From the IMG/VR virus record IMGVR_UViG_3300020258_000009, positions 1 through 44,726 of that record: a DNA stretch of 44,726 bases, one strand, 5' to 3'. The position numbers were made by a program, and so were the translations under genes. This document shows positions 44,403 through 44,726 of the stretch, one piece after another. Under the pieces are notes generated by a model, which did not search any database, was not told the origin of the DNA, and saw only the letters and a program-made list of their open reading frames with translations. The stretch is from a virus. Its lineage: Duplodnaviria > Caudoviricetes. The number at the start of each line of letters is the position of its first letter. Position 1 is the first letter of the stretch.

Positions 44403-44726
44403 ATGAAAAACTATGTAATTGGATTACTCACTGCTCTATCACTGGGCACAGCACATGTAGCACTCGCTAATGAGGACAAGATCACCAAAGGTTTCTATAC
44501 TATGGATGCCATGGGATGTATGTTGCTCCGTGAGTGTACAGATGGTGTAGATGAAGTATTCTCTCTACTTGACATCTCCTCACAGTATGAGAACCCAGAG
44601 CGTTACACACCAGTAGCACTGGAGTTTAATCGAATGCTGATGGCAATGAATCAAGTTGGTAGCAAAGTGTTTCTTGCTGATGAGAAGTATTTCCCCAAGA
44701 ATCACCGTGGTGTGTATCACACTGTG
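44403..44726 (+). CDS. 3'-truncated hypothetical protein with a signal peptide (not in the ORF track)
   Basis: MKNYVIGLLTALSLGTAHVALA followed by NEDKITKGFYTMDAMGCMLLRECTDGV... The frame is open to the window end. Confidence 0.7.
   Translation, partial: MKNYVIGLLTALSLGTAHVALANEDKITKGFYTMDAMGCMLLRECTDGVDEVFSLLDISSQYENPERYTPVALEFNRMLMAMNQVGSKVFLADEKYFPKNHRGVYHTV

Overview
A fragment of a T4-like cyanophage (marine Synechococcus/Prochlorococcus myovirus type) with essentially all genes on the + strand. 1-7.4 kb holds baseplate hub and spike genes, with gp5 split over two genes. 7.4-10.2 kb holds small conserved ORFs, a Cys-less glutaredoxin-like ORF, three tRNAs, a T-type bilin lyase (cpeT) and a 2OG-Fe(II) oxygenase. 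10.2-36.2 kb is a tail/fibre module: a 3885-aa giant protein, three collar-domain proteins, three paralogous Gly-rich/PA14-like 'tip' proteins and a chaperone. 36.2-44.7 kb is an early-type region with an SF2 helicase, an HNH nuclease, an adenine methylase, three more 2OG-Fe(II) oxygenases and many small ORFs. Two candidate undescribed systems stand out. (1) The giant virion protein carries five phycobiliprotein-like domains that keep both the Cys84-type (C-x-R-D) and beta-Cys155-type cysteines, and it is encoded just downstream of the phage CpeT lyase. This suggests a bilin-decorated or phycobiliprotein-mimicking virion fibre. (2) A split repeat domain: four upstream proteins end in the first half of a beta-rich repeat whose second half begins the 1916-aa fibre, suggesting interchangeable snap-on fibre tips. 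All protein assignments come from motif recognition by eye; no searches were run.
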